From the NCBI RefSeq assembly GCF_009914755.1, contig NC_060927.1: DNA of 64,000 nt, one strand, 5' to 3'. Both the position numbers and the translations under genes were made by a program. Each line of letters starts with the position of its first letter. Within the stretch, counting starts at the first letter, position 1. This document shows positions 1-14,200 of this stretch, in pieces. The notes under the pieces were generated by a model, which was not told where the DNA came from, made no database searches, and saw only the letters and a program-made list of their open reading frames with translations. Origin of the DNA: the human T2T-CHM13v2.0 reference genome, Homo sapiens.

Positions 1-157
1 AAAGTACCCAAACTATACATTATATACTGTACATAAAATATGAAATTACATCAAATATATATTATATTAGGTACATAAAATACGAAAGTACATCAAATAT
101 AGATTATATACTGTACATAAAATATCAAAGTACCCCAATATATATTATATACTGTAC

Positions 158-534
158 ATGAAATATCAAAGTTCACAAACTATATATTATGTACTGTATA
201 TAAAATATCAAAGTACCCAAGGTATATATTCTATACTGCACAAAAAATATGAAATTACCCAAAGCATGTATTATATACTGTATATAAAATATGAAAGCAC
301 ATCAAATATATATTTTATTCTGTACATAAAATATCAAAGTACACCAGATATATATTCTATAGTGTACATAAAATATCAAAGTACCCAAACTATACATTAT
401 ATACTGTATATAAAATATGAAATTACATCAAATATATATTATATTAGGTACATAAAATACGAAAGTACATCAAATATAGATTATATACTGTACATAAAAT
501 ATCAAAGTACCCCAATATATATTATATACTGTAC
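158..534. repeat. HOR variant A, 377 bp = 9 monomers (eight of 42 bp, one of 41 bp); representative copy
   Basis: Spacing of the unit-start anchor (ORF starts 158 to 535). Diagnostic motifs: ctgcacaaaa, gaaattacccaaagc, gaaagcacatc. Corresponds to the 126-aa ORFs recurring throughout the window. Confidence 0.95.
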
Positions 535-1121
535 ATGAAATATCAAAGTTCACAAACTATATATTATGTACTGTACATAAAATATCAAAGTACCCAAGGT
601 ATATATTCTATACTGTACAAAAAATATCAAAGTACCCAAAGCATGTATTATATACTGTACATAAAATATGAAAGTACATCAAATATAGATTATATACTGT
701 ACATTAAGTACCAAAGTACACCAAATATATATTTTATACTGTACATGAAATATCAAAGTTCACAAACCATACATTATATACTTTCCATAAAATATCAAAG
801 TACCCATGGCATATATTCTATACTGTACAAAAGATATCAAAGTACCCAAAGCATGTATTATATACTGTACATAAAATATGAAAGTACATCAAATATATAT
901 TTTATTCTGTACATAAAATATCAAAGTACACCAGATATATATTCTATAGTGTACATAAAATATCAAAGTACCCAAACTATACATTATATACTGTACATAA
1001 AATATGAAATTACATCAAATATATATTATATTAGGTACATAAAATAAGAAAGTACATCAAATATAGATTATATACTGTACATAAAATATCAAAGTACCCC
1101 AATATATATTATATACTGTAC
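535..1121. repeat. HOR variant B*, 587 bp = 14 monomers, with tacg>taag at 1047; representative copy
   Basis: Anchor spacing 535 to 1122. Diagnostic motifs: cattaagtacc, ctttccat, ccatgg, aaagatatc. Corresponds to the 170-aa ORFs; 27 copies counted from the track. Confidence 0.95.
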
Positions 1122-3049
1122 ATGAAATATCAAAGTTCACAAACTATATATTATGTACTGTATATAAAATATCAAAGTACCCAAGGTATATATTCTATAC
1201 TGCACAAAAAATATGAAATTACCCAAAGCATGTATTATATACTGTATATAAAATATGAAAGCACATCAAATATATATTTTATTCTGTACATAAAATATCA
1301 AAGTACACCAGATATATATTCTATAGTGTACATAAAATATCAAAGTACCCAAACTATACATTATATACTGTATATAAAATATGAAATTACATCAAATATA
1401 TATTATATTAGGTACATAAAATACGAAAGTACATCAAATATAGATTATATACTGTACATAAAATATCAAAGTACCCCAATATATATTATATACTGTACAT
1501 GAAATATCAAAGTTCACAAACTATATATTATGTACTGTACATAAAATATCAAAGTACCCAAGGTATATATTCTATACTGTACAAAAAATATCAAAGTACC
1601 CAAAGCATGTATTATATACTGTACATAAAATATGAAAGTACATCAAATATAGATTATATACTGTACATTAAGTACCAAAGTACACCAAATATATATTTTA
1701 TACTGTACATGAAATATCAAAGTTCACAAACCATACATTATATACTTTCCATAAAATATCAAAGTACCCATGGCATATATTCTATACTGTACAAAAGATA
1801 TCAAAGTACCCAAAGCATGTATTATATACTGTACATAAAATATGAAAGTACATCAAATATATATTTTATTCTGTACATAAAATATCAAAGTACACCAGAT
1901 ATATATTCTATAGTGTACATAAAATATCAAAGTACCCAAACTATACATTATATACTGTACATAAAATATGAAATTACATCAAATATATATTATATTAGGT
2001 ACATAAAATAAGAAAGTACATCAAATATAGATTATATACTGTACATAAAATATCAAAGTACCCCAATATATATTATATACTGTACATGAAATATCAAAGT
2101 TCACAAACTATATATTATGTACTGTATATAAAATATCAAAGTACCCAAGGTATATATTCTATACTGCACAAAAAATATGAAATTACCCAAAGCATGTATT
2201 ATATACTGTATATAAAATATGAAAGCACATCAAATATATATTTTATTCTGTACATAAAATATCAAAGTACACCAGATATATATTCTATAGTGTACATAAA
2301 ATATCAAAGTACCCAAACTATACATTATATACTGTATATAAAATATGAAATTACATCAAATATATATTATATTAGGTACATAAAATACGAAAGTACATCA
2401 AATATAGATTATATACTGTACATAAAATATCAAAGTACCCCAATATATATTATATACTGTACATGAAATATCAAAGTTCACAAACTATATATTATGTACT
2501 GTACATAAAATATCAAAGTACCCAAGGTATATATTCTATACTGTACAAAAAATATCAAAGTACCCAAAGCATGTATTATATACTGTACATAAAATATGAA
2601 AGTACATCAAATATAGATTATATACTGTACATTAAGTACCAAAGTACACCAAATATATATTTTATACTGTACATGAAATATCAAAGTTCACAAACCATAC
2701 ATTATATACTTTCCATAAAATATCAAAGTACCCATGGCATATATTCTATACTGTACAAAAGATATCAAAGTACCCAAAGCATGTATTATATACTGTACAT
2801 AAAATATGAAAGTACATCAAATATATATTTTATTCTGTACATAAAATATCAAAGTACACCAGATACATATTCTATAGTGTACATAAAATATCAAAGTACC
2901 CAAACTATACATTATATACTGTACATAAAATATGAAATTACATCAAATATATATTATATTAGGTACATAAAATACGAAAGTACATCAAATATAGATTATA
3001 TACTGTACATAAAATATCAAAGTACCCCAATATATATTATATACTGTAC

Positions 3050-3552
3050 ATGAAATATCAAAGTTCACAAACTATATATTATGTACTGTATATAAAATAT
3101 CAAAGTACCCAAGGTATATATTCTATACTGCACAAAAAATATGAAATTACCCAAAGCATGTATTATATACTGTATATAAAATATGAAAGCACATCAAATA
3201 TATATTTTATTCTGTACATAAAATATCAAAGTACACCAGATATATATTCTATAGTGTACATAAAATATCAAAGTACCCAAACTATACATTATATACTGTA
3301 TATAAAATATGAAATTACATCAAATATATATTATATTAGGTACATAAAATACGAAAGTACATCAAATATAGATTATATACTGTACATAAAATATCAAAGT
3401 ACCCAAACTATACATTATATACTGTATATAAAATATGAAATTACATCAAATATATATTATATTAGGTACATAAAATACGAAAGTACATCAAATATAGATT
3501 ATATACTGTACATAAAATATCAAAGTACCCCAATATATATTATATACTGTAC
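3050..3552. repeat. HOR variant C, 503 bp = 12 monomers (A with a 126-bp internal duplication of monomers 6-8); representative copy
   Basis: Anchor spacing 3050 to 3553; the attaggtac...tagatt block is present twice. 16 copies counted between 3050 and 51914, one of them 502 bp. Confidence 0.95.
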
Positions 3553-4642
3553 ATGAAATATCAAAGTTCACAAACTATATATTATGTACTGTACATAAAA
3601 TATCAAAGTACCCAAGGTATATATTCTATACTGTACAAAATATATCAAAGTACCCAAAGCATGTATTATATACTGTACATAAAATATGAAAGTACATCAA
3701 ATATAGATTATATACTGTACATTAAGTACCAAAGTACACCAAATATATATTTTATACTGTACATGAAATATCAAAGTTCACAAACCATACATTATATACT
3801 TTCCATAAAATATCAAAGTACCCATGGCATATATTCTATACTGTACAAAAGATATCAAAGTACCCAAAGCATGTATTATATACTGTACATAAAATATGAA
3901 AGTACATCAAATATATATTTTATTCTGTACATACAATATCAAAGTACACCAGATATATATTCTATAGTGTACATAAAATATCAAAGTACCCAAACTATAC
4001 ATTATATACTGTACATAAAATATGAAATTACATCAAATATATATTATATTAGGTACATAAAATACGAAAGTACATCAAATATAGATTATATACTGTACAT
4101 AAAATATCAAAGTACCCCAATATATATTATATACTGTACATGAAATATCAAAGTTCACAAACTATATATTATGTACTGTATATAAAATATCAAAGTACCC
4201 AAGGTATATATTCTATACTGCACAAAAAATATGAAATTACCCAAAGCATGTATTATATACTGTATATAAAATATGAAAGCACATCAAATATATATTTTAT
4301 TCTGTACATAAAATATCAAAGTACACCAGATATATATTCTATAGTGTACATAAAATATCAAAGTACCCAAACTATACATTATATACTGTATATAAAATAT
4401 GAAATTACATCAAATATATATTATATTAGGTACATAAAATACGAAAGTACATCAAATATAGATTATATACTGTACATAAAATATCAAAGTACCCAAACTA
4501 TACATTATATACTGTATATAAAATATGAAATTACATCAAATATATATTATATTAGGTACATAAAATACGAAAGTACATCAAATATAGATTATATACTGTA
4601 CATAAAATATCAAAGTACCCCAATATATATTATATACTGTAC

Positions 4643-5229
4643 ATGAAATATCAAAGTTCACAAACTATATATTATGTACTGTACATAAAATATCAAAGTA
4701 CCCAAGGTATATATTCTATACTGTACAAAAAATATCAAAGTACCCAAAGCATGTATTATATACTGTACATAAAATATGAAAGTACATCAAATATAGATTA
4801 TATACTGTACATTAAGTACCAAAGTACACCAAATATATATTTTATACTGTACATGAAATATCAAAGTTCACAAACCATACATTATATACTTTCCATAAAA
4901 TATCAAAGTACCCATGGCATATATTCTATACTGTACAAAAGATATCAAAGTACCCAAAGCATGTATTATATACTGTACATAAAATATGAAAGTACATCAA
5001 ATATATATTTTATTCTGTACATAAAATATCAAAGTACACCAGATATATATTCTATAGTGTACATAAAATATCAAAGTACCCAAACTATACATTATATACT
5101 GTACATAAAATATGAAATTACATCAAATATATATTATATTAGGTACATAAAATACGAAAGTACATCAAATATAGATTATATACTGTACATAAAATATCAA
5201 AGTACCCCAATATATATTATATACTGTAC
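4643..5229. repeat. HOR variant B, 587 bp = 14 monomers, retaining tacg; representative copy
   Basis: Same structure as B* but with aatacgaaag. Corresponds to the 196-aa ORFs. Confidence 0.95.
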
Positions 5230-8200
5230 ATGAAATATCAAAGTTCACAAACTATATATTATGTACTGTATATAAAATATCAAAGTACCCAAGGTATATA
5301 TTCTATACTGCACAAAAAATATGAAATTACCCAAAGCATGTATTATATACTGTATATAAAATATGAAAGCACATCAAATATATATTTTATTCTGTACATA
5401 AAATATCAAAGTACACCAGATATATATTCTATAGTGTACATAAAATATCAAAGTACCCAAACTATACATTATATACTGTATATAAAATATGAAATTACAT
5501 CAAATATATATTATATTAGGTACATAAAATACGAAAGTACATCAAATATAGATTATATACTGTACATAAAATATCAAAGTACCCCAATATATATTATATA
5601 CTGTACATGAAATATCAAAGTTCACAAACTATATATTATGTACTGTACATAAAATATCAAAGTACCCAAGGTATATATTCTATACTGTACAAAAAATATC
5701 AAAGTACCCAAAGCATGTATTATATACTGTACATAAAATATGAAAGTACATCAAATATAGATTATATACTGTACATTAAGTACCAAAGTACACCAAATAT
5801 ATATTTTATACTGTACATGAAATATCAAAGTTCACAAACCATACATTATATACTTTCCATAAAATATCAAAGTACCCATGGCATATATTCTATACTGTAC
5901 AAAAGATATCAAAGTACCCAAAGCATGTATTATATACTGTACATAAAATATGAAAGTACATCAAATATATATTTTATTCTGTACATAAAATATCAAAGTA
6001 CACCAGATATATATTCTATAGTGTACATAAAATATCAAAGTACCCAAACTATACATTATATACTGTACATAAAATATGAAATTACATCAAATATATATTA
6101 TATTAGGTACATAAAATAAGAAAGTACATCAAATATAGATTATATACTGTACATAAAATATCAAAGTACCCCAATATATATTATATACTGTACATGAAAT
6201 ATCAAAGTTCACAAACTATATATTATGTACTGTATATAAAATATCAAAGTACCCAAGGTATATATTCTATACTGCACAAAAAATATGAAATTACCCAAAG
6301 CATGTATTATATACTGTATATAAAATATGAAAGCACATCAAATATATATTTTATTCTGTACATAAAATATCAAAGTACACCAGATATATATTCTATAGTG
6401 TACATAAAATATCAAAGTACCCAAACTATACATTATATACTGTATATAAAATATGAAATTACATCAAATATATATTATATTAGGTACATAAAATACGAAA
6501 GTACATCAAATATAGATTATATACTGTACATAAAATATCAAAGTACCCCAATATATATTATATACTGTACATGAAATATCAAAGTTCACAAACTATATAT
6601 TATGTACTGTACATAAAATATCAAAGTACCCAAGGTATATATTCTATACTGTACAAAAAATATCAAAGTACCCAAAGCATGTATTATATACTGTACATAA
6701 AATATGAAAGTACATCAAATATAGATTATATACTGTACATTAAGTACCAAAGTACACCAAATATATATTTTATACTGTACATGAAATATCAAAGTTCACA
6801 AACCATACATTATATACTTTCCATAAAATATCAAAGTACCCATGGCATATATTCTATACTGTACAAAAGATATCAAAGTACCCAAAGCATGTATTATATA
6901 CTGTACATAAAATATGAAAGTACATCAAATATATATTTTATTCTGTACATAAAATATCAAAGTACACCAGATATATATTCTATAGTGTACATAAAATATC
7001 AAAGTACCCAAACTATACATTATATACTGTACATAAAATATGAAATTACATCAAATATATATTATATTAGGTACATAAAATAAGAAAGTACATCAAATAT
7101 AGATTATATACTGTACATAAAATATCAAAGTACCCCAATATATATTATATACTGTACATGAAATATCAAAGTTCACAAACTATATATTATGTACTGTATA
7201 TAAAATATCAAAGTACCCAAGGTATATATTCTATACTGCACAAAAAATATGAAATTACCCAAAGCATGTATTATATACTGTATATAAAATATGAAAGCAC
7301 ATCAAATATATATTTTATTCTGTACATAAAATATCAAAGTACACCAGATATATATTCTATAGTGTACATAAAATATCAAAGTACCCAAACTATACATTAT
7401 ATACTGTATATAAAATATGAAATTACATCAAATATATATTATATTAGGTACATAAAATACGAAAGTACATCAAATATAGATTATATACTGTACATAAAAT
7501 ATCAAAGTACCCCAATATATATTATATACTGTACATGAAATATCAAAGTTCACAAACTATATATTATGTACTGTACATAAAATATCAAAGTACCCAAGGT
7601 ATATATTCTATACTGTACAAAAAATATCAAAGTACCCAAAGCATGTATTATATACTGTACATAAAATATGAAAGTACATCAAATATAGATTATATACTGT
7701 ACATTAAGTACCAAAGTACACCAAATATATATTTTATACTGTACATGAAATATCAAAGTTCACAAACCATACATTATATACTTTCCATAAAATATCAAAG
7801 TACCCATGGCATATATTCTATACTGTACAAAAGATATCAAAGTACCCAAAGCATGTATTATATACTGTACATAAAATATGAAAGTACATCAAATATATAT
7901 TTTATTCTGTACATAAAATATCAAAGTACACCAGATATATATTCTATAGTGTACATAAAATATCAAAGTACCCAAACTATACATTATATACTGTACATAA
8001 AATATGAAATTACATCAAATATATATTATATTAGGTACATAAAATACGAAAGTACATCAAATATAGATTATATACTGTACATAAAATATCAAAGTACCCC
8101 AATATATATTATATACTGTACATGAAATATCAAAGTTCACAAACTATATATTATGTACTGTATATAAAATATCAAAGTACCCAAGGTATATATTCTATAC

Positions 8201-11200
8201 TGCACAAAAAATATGAAATTACCCAAAGCATGTATTATATACTGTATATAAAATATGAAAGCACATCAAATATATATTTTATTCTGTACATAAAATATCA
8301 AAGTACACCAGATATATATTCTATAGTGTACATAAAATATCAAAGTACCCAAACTATACATTATATACTGTACATAAAATATGAAATTACATCAAATATA
8401 TATTATATTAGGTACATAAAATACGAAAGTACATCAAATATAGATTATATACTGTACATAAAATATCAAAGTACCCCAATATATATTATATACTGTACAT
8501 GAAATATCAAAGTTCACAAACTATATATTATGTACTGTATATAAAATATCAAAGTACCCAAGGTATATATTCTATACTGCACAAAAAATATGAAATTACC
8601 CAAAGCATGTATTATATACTGTATATAAAATATGAAAGCACATCAAATATATATTTTATTCTGTACATAAAATATCAAAGTACACCAGATATATATTCTA
8701 TAGTGTACATAAAATATCAAAGTACCCAAACTATACATTATATACTGTATATAAAATATGAAATTACATCAAATATATATTATATTAGGTACATAAAATA
8801 CGAAAGTACATCAAATATAGATTATATACTGTACATAAAATATCAAAGTACCCAAACTATACATTATATACTGTATATAAAATATGAAATTACATCAAAT
8901 ATATATTATATTAGGTACATAAAATACGAAAGTACATCAAATATAGATTATATACTGTACATAAAATATCAAAGTACCCCAATATATATTATATACTGTA
9001 CATGAAATATCAAAGTTCACAAACTATATATTATGTACTGTACATAAAATATCAAAGTACCCAAGGTATATATTCTATACTGTACAAAAAATATCAAAGT
9101 ACCCAAAGCATGTATTATATACTGTACATAAAATATGAAAGTACATCAAATATAGATTATATACTGTACATTAAGTACCAAAGTACACCAAATATATATT
9201 TTATACTGTACATGAAATATCAAAGTTCACAAACCATACATTATATACTTTCCATAAAATATCAAAGTACCCATGGCATATATTCTATACTGTACAAAAG
9301 ATATCAAAGTACCCAAAGCATGTATTATATACTGTACATAAAATATGAAAGTACATCAAATATATATTTTATTCTGTACATAAAATATCAAAGTACACCA
9401 GATATATATTCTATAGTGTACATAAAATATCAAAGTACCCAAACTATACATTATATACTGTACATAAAATATGAAATTACATCAAATATATATTATATTA
9501 GGTACATAAAATACGAAAGTACATCAAATATAGATTATATACTGTACATAAAATATCAAAGTACCCCAATATATATTATATACTGTACATGAAATATCAA
9601 AGTTCACAAACTATATATTATGTACTGTATATAAAATATCAAAGTACCCAAGGTATATATTCTATACTGCACAAAAAATATGAAATTACCCAAAGCATGT
9701 ATTATATACTGTATATAAAATATGAAAGCACATCAAATATATATTTTATTCTGTACATAAAATATCAAAGTACACCAGATATATATTCTATAGTGTACAT
9801 AAAATATCAAAGTACCCAAACTATACATTATATACTGTATATAAAATATGAAATTACATCAAATATATATTATATTAGGTACATAAAATACGAAAGTACA
9901 TCAAATATAGATTATATACTGTACATAAAATATCAAAGTACCCCAATATATATTATATACTGTACATGAAATATCAAAGTTCACAAACTATATATTATGT
10001 ACTGTACATAAAATATCAAAGTACCCAAGGTATATATTCTATACTGTACAAAAAATATCAAAGTACCCAAAGCATGTATTATATACTGTACATAAAATAT
10101 GAAAGTACATCAAATATAGATTATATACTGTACATTAAGTACCAAAGTACACCAAATATATATTTTATACTGTACATGAAATATCAAAGTTCACAAACCA
10201 TACATTATATACTTTCCATAAAATATCAAAGTACCCATGGCATATATTCTATACTGTACAAAAGATATCAAAGTACCCAAAGCATGTATTATATACTGTA
10301 CATAAAATATGAAAGTACATCAAATATATATTTTATTCTGTACATAAAATATCAAAGTACACCAGATATATATTCTATAGTGTACATAAAATATCAAAGT
10401 ACCCAAACTATACATTATATACTGTACATAAAATATGAAATTACATCAAATATATATTATATTAGGTACATAAAATAAGAAAGTACATCAAATATAGATT
10501 ATATACTGTACATAAAATATCAAAGTACCCCAATATATATTATATACTGTACATGAAATATCAAAGTTCACAAACTATATATTATGTACTGTATATAAAA
10601 TATCAAAGTACCCAAGGTATATATTCTATACTGCACAAAAAATATGAAATTACCCAAAGCATGTATTATATACTGTATATAAAATATGAAAGCACATCAA
10701 ATATATATTTTATTCTGTACATAAAATATCAAAGTACACCAGATATATATTCTATAGTGTACATAAAATATCAAAGTACCCAAACTATACATTATATACT
10801 GTATATAAAATATGAAATTACATCAAATATATATTATATTAGGTACATAAAATACGAAAGTACATCAAATATAGATTATATACTGTACATAAAATATCAA
10901 AGTACCCCAATATATATTATATACTGTACATGAAATATCAAAGTTCACAAACTATATATTATGTACTGTACATAAAATATCAAAGTACCCAAGGTATATA
11001 TTCTATACTGTACAAAAAATATCAAAGTACCCAAAGCATGTATTATATACTGTACATAAAATATGAAAGTACATCAAATATAGATTATATACTGTACATT
11101 AAGTACCAAAGTACACCAAATATATATTTTATACTGTACATGAAATATCAAAGTTCACAAACCATACATTATATACTTTCCATAAAATATCAAAGTACCC

Positions 11201-14200
11201 ATGGCATATATTCTATACTGTACAAAAGATATCAAAGTACCCAAAGCATGTATTATATACTGTACATAAAATATGAAAGTACATCAAATATATATTTTAT
11301 TCTGTACATAAAATATCAAAGTACACCAGATATATATTCTATAGTGTACATAAAATATCAAAGTACCCAAACTATACATTATATACTGTACATAAAATAT
11401 GAAATTACATCAAATATATATTATATTAGGTACATAAAATAAGAAAGTACATCAAATATAGATTATATACTGTACATAAAATATCAAAGTACCCCAATAT
11501 ATATTATATACTGTACATGAAATATCAAAGTTCACAAACTATATATTATGTACTGTATATAAAATATCAAAGTACCCAAGGTATATATTCTATACTGCAC
11601 AAAAAATATGAAATTACCCAAAGCATGTATTATATACTGTATATAAAATATGAAAGCACATCAAATATATATTTTATTCTGTACATAAAATATCAAAGTA
11701 CACCAGATATATATTCTATAGTGTACATAAAATATCAAAGTACCCAAACTATACATTATATACTGTATATAAAATATGAAATTACATCAAATATATATTA
11801 TATTAGGTACATAAAATACGAAAGTACATCAAATATAGATTATATACTGTACATAAAATATCAAAGTACCCCAATATATATTATATACTGTACATGAAAT
11901 ATCAAAGTTCACAAACTATATATTATGTACTGTACATAAAATATCAAAGTACCCAAGGTATATATTCTATACTGTACAAAAAATATCAAAGTACCCAAAG
12001 CATGTATTATATACTGTACATAAAATATGAAAGTACATCAAATATAGATTATATACTGTACATTAAGTACCAAAGTACACCAAATATATATTTTATACTG
12101 TACATGAAATATCAAAGTTCACAAACCATACATTATATACTTTCCATAAAATATCAAAGTACCCATGGCATATATTCTATACTGTACAAAAGATATCAAA
12201 GTACCCAAAGCATGTATTATATACTGTACATAAAATATGAAAGTACATCAAATATATATTTTATTCTGTACATAAAATATCAAAGTACACCAGATATATA
12301 TTCTATAGTGTACATAAAATATCAAAGTACCCAAACTATACATTATATACTGTACATAAAATATGAAATTACATCAAATATATATTATATTAGGTACATA
12401 AAATACGAAAGTACATCAAATATAGATTATATACTGTACATAAAATATCAAAGTACCCCAATATATATTATATACTGTACATGAAATATCAAAGTTCACA
12501 AACTATATATTATGTACTGTATATAAAATATCAAAGTACCCAAGGTATATATTCTATACTGCACAAAAAATATGAAATTACCCAAAGCATGTATTATATA
12601 CTGTATATAAAATATGAAAGCACATCAAATATATATTTTATTCTGTACATAAAATATCAAAGTACACCAGATATATATTCTATAGTGTACATAAAATATC
12701 AAAGTACCCAAACTATACATTATATACTGTATATAAAATATGAAATTACATCAAATATATATTATATTAGGTACATAAAATACGAAAGTACATCAAATAT
12801 AGATTATATACTGTACATAAAATATCAAAGTACCCAAACTATACATTATATACTGTATATAAAATATGAAATTACATCAAATATATATTATATTAGGTAC
12901 ATAAAATACGAAAGTACATCAAATATAGATTATATACTGTACATAAAATATCAAAGTACCCCAATATATATTATATACTGTACATGAAATATCAAAGTTC
13001 ACAAACTATATATTATGTACTGTACATAAAATATCAAAGTACCCAAGGTATATATTCTATACTGTACAAAAAATATCAAAGTACCCAAAGCATGTATTAT
13101 ATACTGTACATAAAATATGAAAGTACATCAAATATAGATTATATACTGTACATTAAGTACCAAAGTACACCAAATATATATTTTATACTGTACATGAAAT
13201 ATCAAAGTTCACAAACCATACATTATATACTTTCCATAAAATATCAAAGTACCCATGGCATATATTCTATACTGTACAAAAGATATCAAAGTACCCAAAG
13301 CATGTATTATATACTGTACATAAAATATGAAAGTACATCAAATATATATTTTATTCTGTACATAAAATATCAAAGTACACCAGATATATATTCTATAGTG
13401 TACATAAAATATCAAAGTACCCAAACTATACATTATATACTGTATATAAAATATGAAATTACATCAAATATATATTATATTAGGTACATAAAATACGAAA
13501 GTACATCAAATATAGATTATATACTGTACATAAAATATCAAAGTACCCCAATATATATTATATACTGTACATGAAATATCAAAGTTCACAAACTATATAT
13601 TATGTACTGTACATAAAATATCAAAGTACCCAAGGTATATATTCTATACTGTACAAAAAATATCAAAGTACCCAAAGCATGTATTATATACTGTACATAA
13701 AATATGAAAGTACATCAAATATAGATTATATACTGTACATTAAGTACCAAAGTACACCAAATATATATTTTATACTGTACATGAAATATCAAAGTTCACA
13801 AACCATACATTATATACTTTCCATAAAATATCAAAGTACCCATGGCATATATTCTATACTGTACAAAAGATATCAAAGTACCCAAAGCATGTATTATATA
13901 CTGTACATAAAATATGAAAGTACATCAAATATATATTTTATTCTGTACATAAAATATCAAAGTACACCAGATATATATTCTATAGTGTACATAAAATATC
14001 AAAGTACCCAAACTATACATTATATACTGTACATAAAATATGAAATTACATCAAATATATATTATATTAGGTACATAAAATACGAAAGTACATCAAATAT
14101 AGATTATATACTGTACATAAAATATCAAAGTACCCCAATATATATTATATACTGTACATGAAATATCAAAGTTCACAAACTATATATTATGTACTGTATA

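Noticed and set aside
68-72. ttagg motif once per 9-mer, resembling a telomeric repeat
   Set aside because: It is an isolated single pentamer within monomer 7, never tandem.
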